A DNA stretch of 64,000 nucleotides from Diplonema japonicum (GCA_964019335.1 OZ025660.1:62001-126000); one strand, 5' to 3'. Shown: positions 44,196 to 58,472, counted from the first letter of the stretch. Program-made: numbers and translations. The notes: generated by a model not told the origin, from the sequence alone.

Positions 44196-45216
44196 TTATA
44201 ATCCCTCCCCGACATTCTTGCTCAACGGGTCCACGACCTGTGCTTTCATTGGGGTGCCGTCTTGGTTTAGGATAATTGGGGTGTTGCCCTGCTTGCCGAT
44301 GATGACAATCTTCGGGTTGCAGCTCTCTGCAAGTGCCTTCGTCGTCTCGATGCCCTTCCACCTTAAGAGCTTCTCGTTCACACCTTTGGAAACTATGCTC
44401 TGAAACTGGGCAATGCCTGTGGCAAGGATTACCTTCTGCTCAGCGAGGAGCTTCTCCTTCTCAAGCACATAGCGCATCTGCTCTGCTTGCTGCTCTATCG
44501 CCATCCTGCAATTGAAAAGTAAAAACATCTTTTTTTCCCACAACCATACTTCTTCTCAATGGCGTACTCTATTGCGTGCGGCAGCATCAGCTTGTTGATG
44601 AGAGCCATCTCAACGATGATGCCACGCTCCTTCACAAGCTTGTCGATGCCTGACTTGAGGTCGCGCGTCATAGTCGTCCTGGCTTCTGCACTGTAAAGTG
44701 CTTGTGAGGAGTGTGCAGAGGTGACAGAGCGGATGACAGACTGGAACTCTGGCAGCAGCACCTGGAGTAGGTTAGACAAAAACGGGAAGAATACCTTGTT
44801 GTCGAAGTCAAGGCCAACGTTCTTATACATTTCAACAGCTTTGGCTGGGTCCAGCCTATTGATGCAAGAGGCCTCCAGGTGCACATTGACACCCTCCTGT
44901 GTGGGGACGTTGTCAGCAAAGTGCAGAACCTTCAATCTTGTGTTCATATAGTGAACTGTAGAGATGAAAGGTGTCACCAAGTGCCAGCCGTTCTGAAGCG
45001 GCTCGTTTTGTACGCTGTGACAGTGACGGTGAAGAATGTGCCATACCTGCCCAGCACGCTCACGACACCCAGTGAGCCGACAGGCACCACCGTGAAGCTG
45101 AACAGCAACAGCACTATAAGGATAAAACATGCTGCAAAGCAGAAGGCCATGGAGGACACGACTGATTCGGAATCATCACCTCCACCAAGCCTATGGCCAC
45201 GCATTTCCCCTGGCAT
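44196..45216 (-). CDS. SPFH/band-7 prohibitin-like protein, paralog 2
   Basis: VPVGSLGVVSVLG, FADNVPTQEGVNVHLEASC, LLRWKGIETT; introns 45015-45046, 44762-44794, 44506-44549. Confidence 0.9.
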
Positions 45217-45250
45217 GAGTCGTGTTTCGGAGAAAGGGGGTATAATTAAA

Positions 45251-45454
45251 CTACTTTCTAATCTCCGTTGAACTGATATCGTACACATTCCGTGTGTTCT
45301 CTATCATCTTCGGCCGCTCTGGCTGCTTTCGCTTCCACCTCCTCTCGCGCTGCTTCACCTCGCCCTTCCAGTGCTCTTGCGACATTTTGTACAACAGCGT
45401 CGTCTCTCTTATCTGCTTCACATACTTGCTCAGTAGCCCGATGTTGCGCTGCAT
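45251..45454 (-). CDS. Small basic hypothetical protein (67 aa)
   Basis: Coding-like composition, cluster strand, ATG preceded by a pyrimidine tract and TTACAGCAG; no recognisable motif. Confidence 0.45.
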   Translation of the reverse strand: MQRNIGLLSKYVKQIRETTLLYKMSQEHWKGEVKQRERRWKRKQPERPKMIENTRNVYDISSTEIRK

Positions 45455-45708
45455 GCCTGCTGTAAGGAGCTAAAAATCACGACGGTGAAGAATTGCAAGA
45501 AAACGGAATAAAAAAAAAAGAAGAAATAAATGCGGTTCTAAGGGGAAAAGGGGTCATTAACAAGCCGGAGGGAAAATATAAAGATAAAAAGATAAAATGC
45601 TGGGATAAAAAACTCTTTTTTATTTCAGAATAGAACTTCAGATAGGTGCCTAAGTAGCACCACCACCACCACCACCACCACTATGGGATAAGAGATGAGC
45701 GTTGGACT

Positions 45709-46127
45709 CTAGCCGTGGATGGGGTTGCCGAAAAGCTCGGGGTACCTACGGTTGATGGCAATCTGTGGGGGTGAAAAGCTGCGAGAACAGTGCATACCGT
45801 TTCCTTGAGAGCGTCAATCAGCTGTGTGTTCATGTCGGTGACATAGCACGAGAAGCCGTCACATATGATGGTAGCAAGGCAAGCAGACCCAGCATGACCA
45901 GGATGCAGTGTGCCTGAGAAGAGCATGTGATGCGAAGCAGAAAAGCCAGGGCTGAGCCTGACCTCAAACAACTTATGGTCAGAGTCCTCCGCTTGAACAA
46001 CATTGCTGACCGCATCGTGCGCGATCACAGTACCGGCTATGCACACACGCTTCCCGCTTAGCTCTGGCTTGATCAGGTCGGTCCCCGTGATGAAGGGCAC
46101 AACTTCGTTGGCGTCATGGATCGACAT
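45709..46127 (-). CDS. RPA3: Replication protein A 14-kDa subunit-like OB-fold protein
   Basis: PFIT...GKRVCIAGTV N-terminus; a 35-nt intron yields the C-terminus IAINRRYPELF typical of RPA3; ~127 aa. Confidence 0.7.
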
Positions 46128-46207
46128 GCTCAGCTTTTTTAACCTGCAGGCTTGAACCTTGATGGGGTGGCTAACGAACAACGAGAAAAAAAAATCAAAT
46201 CAGAGGC

Positions 46208-49200
46208 TTACCAAAACACAAAGGCCGCCACGGAAATGGCAGCACATAAGAATACTAAATCGGAGCTCCCAATAGCAACAGCTTGGGATACAGGCGACCC
46301 GGGGTCGTTGTAGGTGCCACCTGTGAGGTAGTAGCCTGGGGGATACGGGCGAGGGGTCGCTGGTGGCGCGTACTCAGCGCCCCTCGTTATGGCATAGGTG
46401 CGAGAAATCAGTGATTCGCCTGTCACAAACCTTCAAAAACAACAAGTGCATACCGTCTTGGACCGCCGCGTTGATTGCAGAGACCACCTCGTCAGGTGTC
46501 TGCGCAGCAACGGTGAAGTGCACGATGAGTGCTGTGTCGCTGCTTTGCTGAAGAGGCGCAGCTGCGCCTCTTTCATGGCACGTGACTTCACCGCCAACGT
46601 CTTCGCACAGCTGCGTGACGTGTATCATGCCCGCCTCGACACCTGTCGTCGCTGACACGATGGAGACAAACACGACACTGTCAAACTGCGCCAGCGGCAG
46701 CACCATTGTGATCCGCAGGGAGATGACCAGAAAGGGAAGCAACGAGAGTGTGCTTGTCGCCCCGTCGGAGACGTTCACCTGCACCCTGAAGCCACCGACG
46801 ACGAGCTCGATGCTCGGCTCTACATAGCTTTCAAGCAGAATACTGAACTCCATCAACCCCGCCACAGCGATAGCGCTGAGGTTTCCAGATAACACCGCAG
46901 CTGCACTGATGTTGAACTTATTAAAGTAGTCGCCTGTGTGTCGTGTTGCATCCTTGGTAATCGTCTCCATCATTATAACTGTTTCTTGTCCCACAATCAG
47001 CATGGTGTCTCCCACTAGCCTTACACCGGTTACCCTCGTCCATGTTATGCTGCCCTCGTACCGTGTCAAGCCGTCGCAGACCAGTGTGTACTGCGTGCTA
47101 TTGGGGTCCGAACCTGCCCATGACATTGCCAAACGGGCCTCCCCCCCTTTCATAACGGTCCCCCAAGTGTTCCCGTACCACTGCCCGCGGGGCACGAACC
47201 CAAGTACACCCGAGAAGTCTTGCTTCTTGTTCCCGTAGTTATCTACAGCAGCAGCTATCACCAAAACCAAGTTTTCATCACCTTCCACACCCAAGGCGTT
47301 CAGGGGTTGTAGTCTCGAAGCCTTTATATTCACGTTAAACTCATTAGACACTTGAACAAGGCTGCCAAAGCTCACTTCTGCCCTGCACCCTGTCTGCGGT
47401 GTTGTGAATAGAAAACTGAAGTTCGAGTACTCTCCCACTGCGGTGGCTAGTGCGGTTGATGTTGAATCACAGGCGACTGACATGGTCAATGTTATGCCAC
47501 CTACGATAGGTATGCCGTCCGCATCAAGGGCAGCAGCTGATACGTTTAGCGCAACCCCAGTGTACCCATCGGCCACATGAGGCAATACCAGAGATGATAC
47601 CTCTTGCACCTGAACAAGCAAAGTGCTGACTGCACTGTCTAAAGTGCTGTTGTACACAAGAGTGCAAGCGCCGTACTTAACAAATAGCAAGCTAACTTCT
47701 GCTACCCCGACACCTGTGATCCTTCTGGAAATATTACCAGCAAGGAATCCTTCCGTGGCTGACACCAACTGAGCTTCGAAAGGTGTGTTGTAGGCAATGT
47801 GGCCGGACTCATCAACAGCTGTGAAGCGGAGAACCTCTGGGACCCCAGACACGGGACCGCCAATCGAGGCTGCCACACGCACACCATGTGTTCGGAACAC
47901 TGTTACTGTATGGTTACCGCTGCTGCTTTCATCTGACTCAGCCCACACTTCGCAAGTGCCGACATCGGAGGTGTCAGGCAACTCTAGTGCTATGCTCGTT
48001 CGTGTATCACCCGTTACGAGTATGCTGCCGCAAACGCAAAGACACGAGGATCTGAGATGCACCTCTGACGACACTCTTTCGCTGAAAGCAACATGAATTG
48101 TGATGTTGTTAAGCTCAGCTACTACGTAAAGGTCAACAGTGATCGACAACTGTGGTCGTTGCTGCGGCGCTACAGATACTCGTATGCCCCCCCTCAAGCT
48201 ACTCCGATATAGACCCACACCCAGGACACTATCAGGAGAACCTACCTTCAAAGAACCTACCACCACTGCGCTGCCGTTGGTCATCACTGCCGCGGTGGTC
48301 TCGAACCCTTGTGCATTGCCATCAACGTCAAATAGCAGCACCCCACCTGCACTGGTGTCCACCCAGCCTAGGTCATCGAGTGCTGTAATGACCAAATGGA
48401 CAGTATCCGTGATGCTGACATTTGTCGTGTTTGAGGTGATGTGAAAGTAGGTAGCAACTGCATAGATAGGGAAGGACACACGTGTCTCGGTCTCCTTTGC
48501 TAACCACAAAGAACACGTAACACACGGGTATGGCAGAGAGAGTAATAGAAAAACAGATCCCTGGTCATAGAAGGTCTTAATAACCTGGACCACACCCATT
48601 GCATCAGTACGCAGGGACACGCTACCGCCGCTGCTGCTGTACGATCTGTCACCGCTTGCATCGACGTGCCACAAGACTACTTCAAAGGGGACACCTCTGC
48701 GGACTTCAGAAGGGGCCGAGTGGAAAACAGCACCAGTTGGTTCACCAATAATGCTGAATGCGGTACCAAAAGAGTTTTCAAGATAGAATGATGAGGAAGG
48801 TAGCACAGTCAACATGATCTTGCATTCAATGCATGCCCTGCTGAAACGGAGCAGCACCTTTGTAGTATCGTTTACAACTATGCTGCTTGGTGTAATAACC
48901 CCGCCTGATTGAACCCAATACGCATCTGGTCTGTCCATGCGCGCATTGACGATGCGTACTTCAAAAGATGCCTCTCCTGCAGGATAGAAGATAGGGACGT
49001 CACCGTGCTGGAAGCTGGCAGGGCGTAGCACCACTGGTATTGACTCGTCCAGCCTGAAAGTGGCTTTGCTTGGCCGCTCGACAACAACAACAGTGGAAGG
49101 GCCACCTGGCTTGATGGTGATCGGGAGATCGGTGGTAGTGAACCGCTCAGGGAGGCCACAGTTATCGAAGCTGCACGAACCCAAAAAAGTGTACCTGATA

Positions 49201-52200
49201 CGACACTTCTCACAAGGCCCTTTGACACGGCCCCACAACGTGACATTGCCATTATGCATGAGACCTGACGGCCCCGTGTACCATTCTCCCGAACCACACC
49301 CCGACCCAGGAACTAGTAACTCAGATGTAACTGTCCCTGTCACACCCAAGACAGGATACCCCCACTCGTCAATCACCTGGACTGTGACAGGGAACACCGT
49401 GCCGGGAAGCATCTCAGTGATGTTGTAGTCTGAAACCCCACGCACAAGATGTCCCTTCCCGTCGTAGATGGGCTCCTCTCGATTCAATTCCTGGTTGGTA
49501 CTAAGCGTAACCAACCTAGAGGCTTGCGTCGGCTGCCTCCAATAAGTCGCGTCTTGGAAAGTAAAACTGGTTAGCGGGACGCCAGCAGAAGTTAAGGTTT
49601 CCGAGGTTAACTTTATGTAACCCCACATGTCACGTCGCGACGCCGAGTCACTGACGGAGGCTGGGTTCAGACCGGCAAGCTGCAGCTTCACGCCGCCTCG
49701 TAAGTTGCGTGCAATATCCTCAACCCGCTGGGCTATGTCAGAATTGCCCAGAGCACTGCTGCTAACGACCTCGCTGCCGCTGTTCTGGCAAGGTGTGGAG
49801 GGGTGGCATGCCCATTTCTGCACACCAACCCCTCTGTCTTTGCGCAAGGAGAGCTGGAACTCAATGCCAAAGTCAATGACCCCATCAGCATCAACCGCAT
49901 AAATCTCAATCACAGGTAGCCATGGAGACACCACAGGATACGCACGAAGTGCTGGCAGTCGGGTCGCTTCTGTGTCGTTCACAGGTATACTAGATGTCGA
50001 CAGCAGCCTCGTCGCCATCGCCAGGATCGTGAAGTACGCACGTGCCTCGACCATCACGCCTGATGAGTCTACGAACCGCACTGTGCACTTGAGGCAGGCC
50101 TTTGAGAAGGCGAACTCTAGAACCGCCTCACCTCGGACGAAGGGTGTTCCGTACTTAGTGTAATTAGGATTTACCATATTCACAGTCCCGCCTGTGCCTT
50201 CCAAAGCGGTACCTATTGAAGTACTGAGCACTGTATATACTCTCTTTGAGTCGCCGGTGTAACTAGGGTCAGTCACATTGAAGTAATCGGCTGCAACTAG
50301 TCTGAGGGTGATGGTCTCACCAGCAGTTGCAACATGCCAGTCGTCCGAAACGCTCCCTTTGCTTGTGGCCGCAGATGTTAGCATATATTTCGTAGCAGCA
50401 GGAGATGAAGCTGTAACAAAGCTGCCCGTATTGCATGTGGCCGTGCGATTTTCATATGTCCACGGCAAGCCTTCCATGCGCTCGACGCGTGCTTCTACGA
50501 CACAAGGGTTGCAGTCCTCTAATATCTGTACTGTGAAGGTAGCCTTCCCGAGGTTGAGATGCACGGCAGGCGGTGAAAAGACGAGCCCTGCTCCCCTCAG
50601 CAATTTCACATATACCGGCAGAGACGAGCTTGTGCCACTGCCATCAGCAGCTTCAGTGGCAACAGTCAGCTCGAATGGAGTTCCGGTCGACATTACTAAC
50701 TGTGCGGGATTGGGGGTGCTGCTGCATGTGAGGTGGTGGGTAGCGTCCATTGATTGAATGTCGCGAAATTCATACGAGCCGCTCCATGTGTTGGTGAAAA
50801 TAATGTCGCAGCTCCCACAAGACCCCGTTAAGTATAGCGCAGCGACTGTTGCCTTCCCTGCAGCAAAGGGACTCTCAGTGGCACCGTAAAGCTTTGCTGA
50901 GCAGCAGTCCAACACCGACGCATGCAGGGTGCCGTAGTTGTACTCGTCGATCTCGTCATTCACATCAACTGCCAAAAGAGTCCACGCGCCCAGAGACCTG
51001 CCCACATCAGCAGCCACTGGGCTAGGGGGCGAGTGCTGTGCTTTCATGCTTAAAGCAGGCAATCGTACAGAACTGCTTACACTACAATACAGCCCTGCAA
51101 GCGTAAACACTATAGTGCATGGCTTGGCAACAGGACATTTCCTGACCGGCATGACAGTAGCAATGTACTCCCTCATCGGCACAGAGCCAACAACGGTGCG
51201 CATAGCAAACTGCACCAAGTGCACATTAGGGGTGCTGTTACTACTCAACGCGACCCTGTCAGTAGGGTCCAGCTCCTGGTCGGAAACAAGGCCAGCGTGG
51301 TTGACGAGGTGCAGTGTAATGTTGTAGAGCTCACCACCATGCAGAGGGTATCCTACAGCAGCGTGCACGTGTTGCGCATCGTACGCAGTAGACTCCCAGC
51401 GCCCTACACGTGAATGAGGTGCAACGCTGTGCACCACCATGCGCTCAGGTACAATGGGAAGGACTGTAATAAGCAGCTCAGATATCTCCGCACCATATAA
51501 ATCAACCACAACAGTAACGGTGCTGCTTCTGCGCAGTGTACTCAGTACCAACACCTCCATGTCTAGCATGCCCGCTGTCGACATCTCGGTAAAATAGCTG
51601 CCCGAACTGATATCCCTGTCCACACACCCACGCGTGCACGTGACCTCTACACTGTTAGCACTGCTGAAGGTTACCTTTACCCGCTTTCCCTGAACTTGCA
51701 GCGTCCTGCTACCATGCTCATTGCCGAAGTAGCCGTGAATAGGGACGTGCGACCCACTGTAGACAGACTTCCATGGGGCGCCTTGCACAATGGGCAAGGA
51801 TGGTACCGGGATAAATATTCTGGGGGAAGATATTCTAGTCGTAACAAACTTCGAAGCCGTGCGCGAAGGCCAGTCCACGTTCCACCCCGTGTAAGCTTGC
51901 ACAGCTTCAACACCTATCCCAAGGTAAGGACTTTCAACCTGGTAAGTGATTGAAGCTTTGCCCTCCACAATGAACACCTCGTTCTGTGGTATCCCATACT
52001 GCGCATCGGCGCATGATAAGTCGGAGCTGAGCAGGGCAGGAAGGGCGTATCGCGCCACAGCCCTCACATGATCCAGCACTCGTTTGCCCGAAGAAGAGAG
52101 GACTTCAGTGGTGATGGTGATGTAAGTACCATCTGCTACTGTCTCGTTGTAGGCATCGATTGAAGTGCTAATCGCAAGGCTCGCAGGAGTGCTGGTGTCG

Positions 52201-55200
52201 ATGCCGGGCAGCAGAGTGTTCTGTGCATGAACGGCAAACGCCGGCAGCACATACCAAACACCTGTTTTCAGCCGTGTACCCGAGGCTGCACTAGATCGCT
52301 TGTAGCACACCTGGTTCAAGCCATCAGTGAGCCAATCACCAATCTGTGGCGACTGTGCCGTCTCAATAAAGCCGCTGGACCCTGATACAACAGGGATGTC
52401 ATCGAACACGGCGTCGGCGCACCCCACAGCAGCGGTGCCGGAGGGCATGACTCGTATCACATCATTGCTTGCACTACTATCCGACCCACTAACCTTGGCT
52501 ATGATAGAAGGCTTGGCCACAGGTGGGTGTGCACTAGTCGCCCAGATGTCATTCACATGCACTTTCTTCGTGAGCGCATTCCAACTGAATGTCATAAATG
52601 AGCTGACCGTGTCAACCCGCCCCACGTTGATCCATACACCGTACTTTGCGTAGAAGAGGCACATTGTGTACCTGCCCGCTACTGCTGGGATGGCCGTGTG
52701 GACAGAAAGCAGGCTATCCGACCCAGTGACGGTGCTCCGGCACCCAGCACAGGCGTCTTCGTAGCATAAAGCGTTGCTGTCTTCGTGGATAAATTTAAAT
52801 TGTTCATCTGTAGGCACAAATCCAGTGCCCTTTACCTTAATATTGCCTTCTGAAACAGCTCCTGCCACGGCCTTGGATACATCTGAAGCATTCAGTCCCC
52901 CATCTGCAAACGTGGCTTGCTCCACAGCAGCGAAGGTGGACAGATATTCCGTATTCCTGTGCAGAACCTTGATCTCTGTCCAAGGTCTAGAGTCAGTCTT
53001 GTAGCAGACCTTCCAAGTGCCTTGCACATTGGGAAGGCTCACCACCCAGTCTGACCATGGCCTGTCGTTGAATGCTCCTGGACCAAGGTGCAAGGCAAAT
53101 CGCTGCCTGTTGGTACTGTCACAGAATCCGGTGCTCGCAACGATAGCAGCCTTGTCCGAGTAGGAGAACACAACAGCGGCTGTGAGCCACGCCCTCATGA
53201 ACCTGATGGTTATGACACTGCTGGCAGGATACGCACCATCACCCTCGATTATTGTGTACGCCACTCCAGAGGAGACTGCTAGCAGGTCACCGCTTGCGCC
53301 AAGGGACAATTCGTTCCAGTTTCCACTGAAACGGTAGCAAGCCACAAGATGCACTGGATCCCGAGTGTCGTACACCGGTATTTGGACATCCTGTTCATTC
53401 CGACCATTTACAACAGTAAAGGAAGACACCAGTGTTTCCTGCACAGCTGAGGCTGCACACCCCAAGCCATCTGCTTGATACGCACAAAGCTTGAACTGGT
53501 CATTGCTACTAATCGAAGAGCCAGATATGACAATCTTAGAGCGCGTGCCCCCGTTAGTACTTGACAAGGTTAAGTTCAGACGTGCTTTAGGAGTCGGAAC
53601 AAAATAAAGAGCAGAGGACAGAGGAACCTGAAACACGTTTTTTGTATCGAATGGAAAGAAGCACAGCTGGTACGACATCTCGTCATCTCCATCCAGTAAA
53701 GGTGGAACAACGAATGACACCTGTGCTTCGCTGACGGGGTCGTCCCAGATGTAGTTGGGGTACGTGAGGGAGAGGATGGTGATTGAGTGTGTCGGGCTGT
53801 GGCTCCAGCAACCTGTTGTGTTGCTGGAGATGCTGATCATATCGAAGGGATGGAAGGCATAAACGGTTGCTGAGAGGGTCACTGTTGCTGCAGAGTACTC
53901 GGTTGCGTCGGACAGCTGTGCCGTCAGGCCAAAGGGACGTGCCGTGCGCAGCTGCTTTGGATACTCCTGCACGTGTGCAACTCGGTTCGGGGGGGAGCCC
54001 ACTATGTAATAAACGTTTGATTTATAGTCAGGGTTCTGGATAGACTCCCAGTTCCTAGTGCCAAGCTTAACGCACACCAGCCACCCCTCAACAGTAGGGT
54101 CGACAGGTGTCTCCCAGTATGGCAGCAGCACCCACACTTCCACGCTCTGCAGGTGCCCGCTCCTTTCGTTGAAGGTGCGGACATCCCATGTTTCAGTGTT
54201 GCTTGCTGCTATTTCTTGCAAGCAATTTCCCCCAGCCTTGACAAGCTTTACTGCCATAGCATTGTCCACCACATCACTTGACGGTTCGCTGTAGAACGTG
54301 TTAGCGACGGCATTGATGCTTGCAGCACCAGATGTGTCCAGTATGGTCAGCGGTGCCCATGTCCCTGCACGCGTGTCATTCACTGCATATGTCAGGTTTG
54401 TGGTGCTAGGCACAGGGTACAGAATCCCTTCAAGGACGCGCCATGAATCCCCCGCTCTACGGTAGCAAATCTTCGACGCTTCAGTGGGCATTGTGATGAA
54501 GCCGTAGGTGAAATTGCCTCGTGCGTCGCCATACCAAGGACTTGTGCTCTGGCGTGGATTGGTGCCGAGGTCATATGACCCTAGTGTTGATGCAACCTCA
54601 GCCCAGCACCCCAACGGGGGGTAGTAGTACGTGCTCTCCGTGCTGTACGTGATGGTGGGGTATGTGTAGAAGGTGCTGAAGGGCACAACCTTGAATGCAT
54701 CGCCTCCCGTCTGCTGGTAGGTGTTCGTACTGTCAGCAATGTAAGAGTCCAGTGCCGTGCTGTCCCACACAGGAACTCTGAATTCCAAAACTCCCCAAGA
54801 CTCCATCGTGAGATCCTCAGAAGCCCATGTTACAATGTTACTCGGCTCTCGGGGATATACCATCAACGTAAGATCCGAGGTCCCATCGTTCCCAAGAACC
54901 CGCCACCCTGGTGCCTGCTCTGCAGCAGAAGTACGCATCTCTTTTCTCTCATCTCTGTTAGAATAGCATACTTTGTACGGTGTGGCTTCTGTTACCTCTG
55001 GCAGCTGCACATACAAGATAGGCTGATTTGTACCGCCGCCATAGCTGCTCTCTGTCGCAACGAGCCATGGCACTATGCTTGGAGTCCCGATGGACGCGGA
55101 CATTGTGCCCTTCACAGAGTTCTGGGTTATTGTGTAGAAAGCTGACGAGTAGATACCGCCCGTAGAGCTCACGACAGCTGTCGAGGTGCCGGGGTAGGTA

Positions 55201-56039
55201 GCAGAAGTTGTAGAGAAATAGTCATCGTCGATGCACTGCCTTGTGCTGGGCACGAGCATCACAACGTCGTACGACCATACAGAGACAGAGTGCACTGTGC
55301 CTGGTGTGAGTGCGTGGCTCCCAGTGTACGAAGTGGCGCCCCATACTGACATGGCGACGAAGTCACCGCTGTAGGCCAACCCATGAGACTTGTAGAAAAC
55401 TTCTGTTGCATTGGGGTGGTGTACATAGTACCCGTTTCGTGGGCTCTGCCAGTTGTACGTGTTGTTGCCGACTACGTCATAAACGTACCAGTCGGCACGG
55501 AACTGAACGCTTCCCCAGTCGTCCTCGCCTGTCGTGTTGAAGCGAGACCGGGACTTCCTATAGCACAACTTCCATGCAGTGTCTGGGGTTGTGAACGTGG
55601 CGTAGCCTGAGACAGACATGCCATCTGGGTCGGTGCCTGTGCTGTCGATGAGGTCGAAAGATGTCTGCAGCACGTCCGACTCCAGGTGTTCGGCGCACGA
55701 CGTGGCGGTCCCTGCCCATAGAAAGTTGTTGTTCGGATCCCTACGCCCACCGCCGACAAACCCGCGTATCATGCGCAGCCCCGCCTCACCGTATGTCAGG
55801 TTCAGCTGCTGCCACGTGTTCTCCTTCATCGTCACATTGTCTGTCGCTAAACCGCTCACCGTCAGCTCCGCACGGAAGACAAAACCAGTCGGCAAATATA
55901 CATCATCACATCCGCCGCACTTCACTTCGATGTCGTAGTACAAATCGCTCTTCTGCGGCATGTACCCACGCGCGTCGTCTTCTTGATACACCTTGCATGC
56001 ACACAGCCCGAACAGCCACACCATCACTGCTTCCCTCAT
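46208..56039 (-). CDS. Giant (~3265 aa) cell-surface protein with repeated beta-rich modules
   Basis: Signal-like N-terminus MREAVMVWLFGLCAC; repeated (Y/W)KxCY...W modules then Ig-like AxDxxG modules; 34-nt intron 46420-46453 adds a hydrophobic tail LVFLCAAISVAAFVFW*. Confidence 0.85.
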
Positions 56040-56241
56040 CTGATATGAGCCACATCCTGTGTTACGGTAGAGAGACGAAGGGGCGGGGATGAGATGATCA
56101 TAATAACAATGCAAAGGATTAAGAGAGGGGAATACGGGTACGGGTGGTGTGCGTAGTCTTTGGAACATATTCTAAGGGATGAGAGTTGACAAAAAAACAC
56201 AGAAAGTGGAAAAAAGGGGGAGGTGGTATAAGTGAGGAGTG

Positions 56242-58249
56242 TCACCGCGGGTAGCACAGTAGCTGGTCTATCTTATCAAACATCTCTACAGGGACGCGGC
56301 TGCTGCGCAGACGGTATCTAGGCGACGAAGGGAGGGAACTAGATCCTCCTGGAGAGGTATTCGTGCTCCTCTGCAACTTCCGCACGGAGTGGCTGCTGCG
56401 CTCTGTTCCTAATCGGGTGCCTCCTTGGCTTCGTGGGGTAGATAGCTGGGGGCTGTTTCGGTCGATCTATCTGAATTGTGTTGCACGCTAGATGTTTAAA
56501 AGTACACACCGTGGGACTCGGGTTCTTATAGATGCACTGGAAGTTGTTCTCTTTGGAATGATCATAGCTCTGCCCAGGAGGTGCTGGGAAGGCAGGCTCC
56601 ACGATGACCTTGATGAGGTCTGCCATCATGCCCTCCAGGAGGTACTCTGCTGAGGCAGGTGAACCGTTGATTTCAATGAGCCAAACCTTCATGTCCTCGT
56701 CAACCATGAAATCAAAACCGAAGAGCTGGAAGCATCCAAGGGTTGCTTCCCCTGACACGCCAGACTGCGTGAGCTTCCTCTTACTTGCCAGCAAGGATTC
56801 GATGATGATGCTGTTCACCTGTGGGAGCAGATCTCTCCTCAGGTCGCACTTATGTCCCGGGTAAGGCTTCTTTATCCTGTCCAAGTACTCTTGGAACTGC
56901 CCGTACCACATCTCGTTTCCTTCTTCAAATCTCCCGAAGTTCGGTCCAGTCTCTTGTATGCAGTGGTTCGTCAAGTGGGACAGTTCGTCGTCGAGGTTCG
57001 CCATCGAGAACTTCTCGCTCGCTGTGCGCATTACCCCTTCGCGGTACACATGGATGTCGAACTCGGGCGTCAGCACGCACCAGCTGCGCAGATCGAACTT
57101 CCTCCCATGAATCAAAAACGGCCTCTCGATGTACTTCTGCAGCACATACTGAGTTGCTTTCGAGTCTTCTTCCTTCGTGTTATCGATGTAGTCTAGTGTC
57201 TTGCTGATGGAGTCGAACACCTTGATCCCAATGCCCTTGTTTCTGTGAGAGGGCTTTGCAATCCATATATTGTGGCAGTAGCCTTTCATAGATTGAAAGG
57301 CGTCCATGAACTGGCGCCTCTCATCTGCACCAAATCTTTTGGCATTCAAGATGAACGTCTGCGGTGTGATGCTCCACGGGTCCGCCACACCATTCCGGAA
57401 AGTCTTGATCATAGCCGCTTTTAGTGTGAGGCACTTTGTCCCATTGTAACTGTTTGCAAGCCTCTTGCCCGCCTCGATTATGGCCTTCTTACCCCTCTGG
57501 TGCCGGTGCCAGTTAGCAGTGATCCTGTCCGTGACGTACCTGTCTTCAAGCAGCAAGCTCACCGAGGGTACCTGCCCATGGAGCGAGCGAGCTGCAGCGA
57601 CCTCGTTCCTGGCTGACACTGACACATCATTCCAAAAAGGCAGCTTAGCTAGCTGCCTTGCAATCTCAACAAAGACAGTGCCCGCCTTGCCGTTCAGATA
57701 GAATGAGTACGTGAAGCTGGGGACAGGTGCTGCAAGCGGGCCTCCATGAAGCAATCGAGTCAAAGAGCGTGAGCTGCCCCTGGGTGACAACGAAGGTGTT
57801 GAGGACCTTGAGGGGGCCGACCGTGTGGGTGTGTGGTCCTGCCTGTAGACCCTCGGGGTTACGACACGCTTGCGCTCCTCGCCTTCAGGGGATGCAGAGG
57901 TCCTCCGAGCAAGGGTTATGCTCCCCACGACGGACGGCCTCGATGGTAACATCTCTAGTGTGGACCTCCTGGCAGGCGAGGGCACATTGTGTCGAGAGGA
58001 GCTCCTCACAGTTCTCTGCAGTACTGGTGGGGAATGAGTGAAAAAGATCCCAGCGGGGGCCATTCCTTCAGTCACCACTATAGTGTTGCCTTCAGGCAGC
58101 CTTTTTGGCTTCCTTCCAGGTCTTTGCGAGGAAACAGCCGAAGTTGATCGCCTGACATGACCTGAAGCACTCCGCGGAGGTACCCGTACCCCTCCTGGTG
58201 TGGCGGACCGAATCGACCTCGAGGGGGTCGCTCCTCTTTTTGGAGGCAT
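56242..58249 (-). CDS. TTL: Tubulin-tyrosine ligase
   Basis: WIAKPS, QKYIERP, RKFDLRSW, HLTNHCIQ, FGRFEEGNEM, FQLFGFDFMVD, LIEINGSPA; stop at 56339 or 56242 depending on acceptor. Confidence 0.9.
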
Positions 58250-58472
58250 GCTACCTGTTATGGGGTTTGAAGGCTATTGCTGAAATAAAATAGAAACCCC
58301 TCCAAGACAGCAATCACCATTTATGGAACATGTTTCGACACGGCAGCACGCCACTGCCGCAAGGTGGTGCTTGGATACTGAGTTTCCAATTTAATAAAAA
58401 TATTTTTGTTTTTGTTAAGAACTGGCAGCAAATCCTATACACTCCAGAGTTAGGTTTCTTAGTTATCGAACA

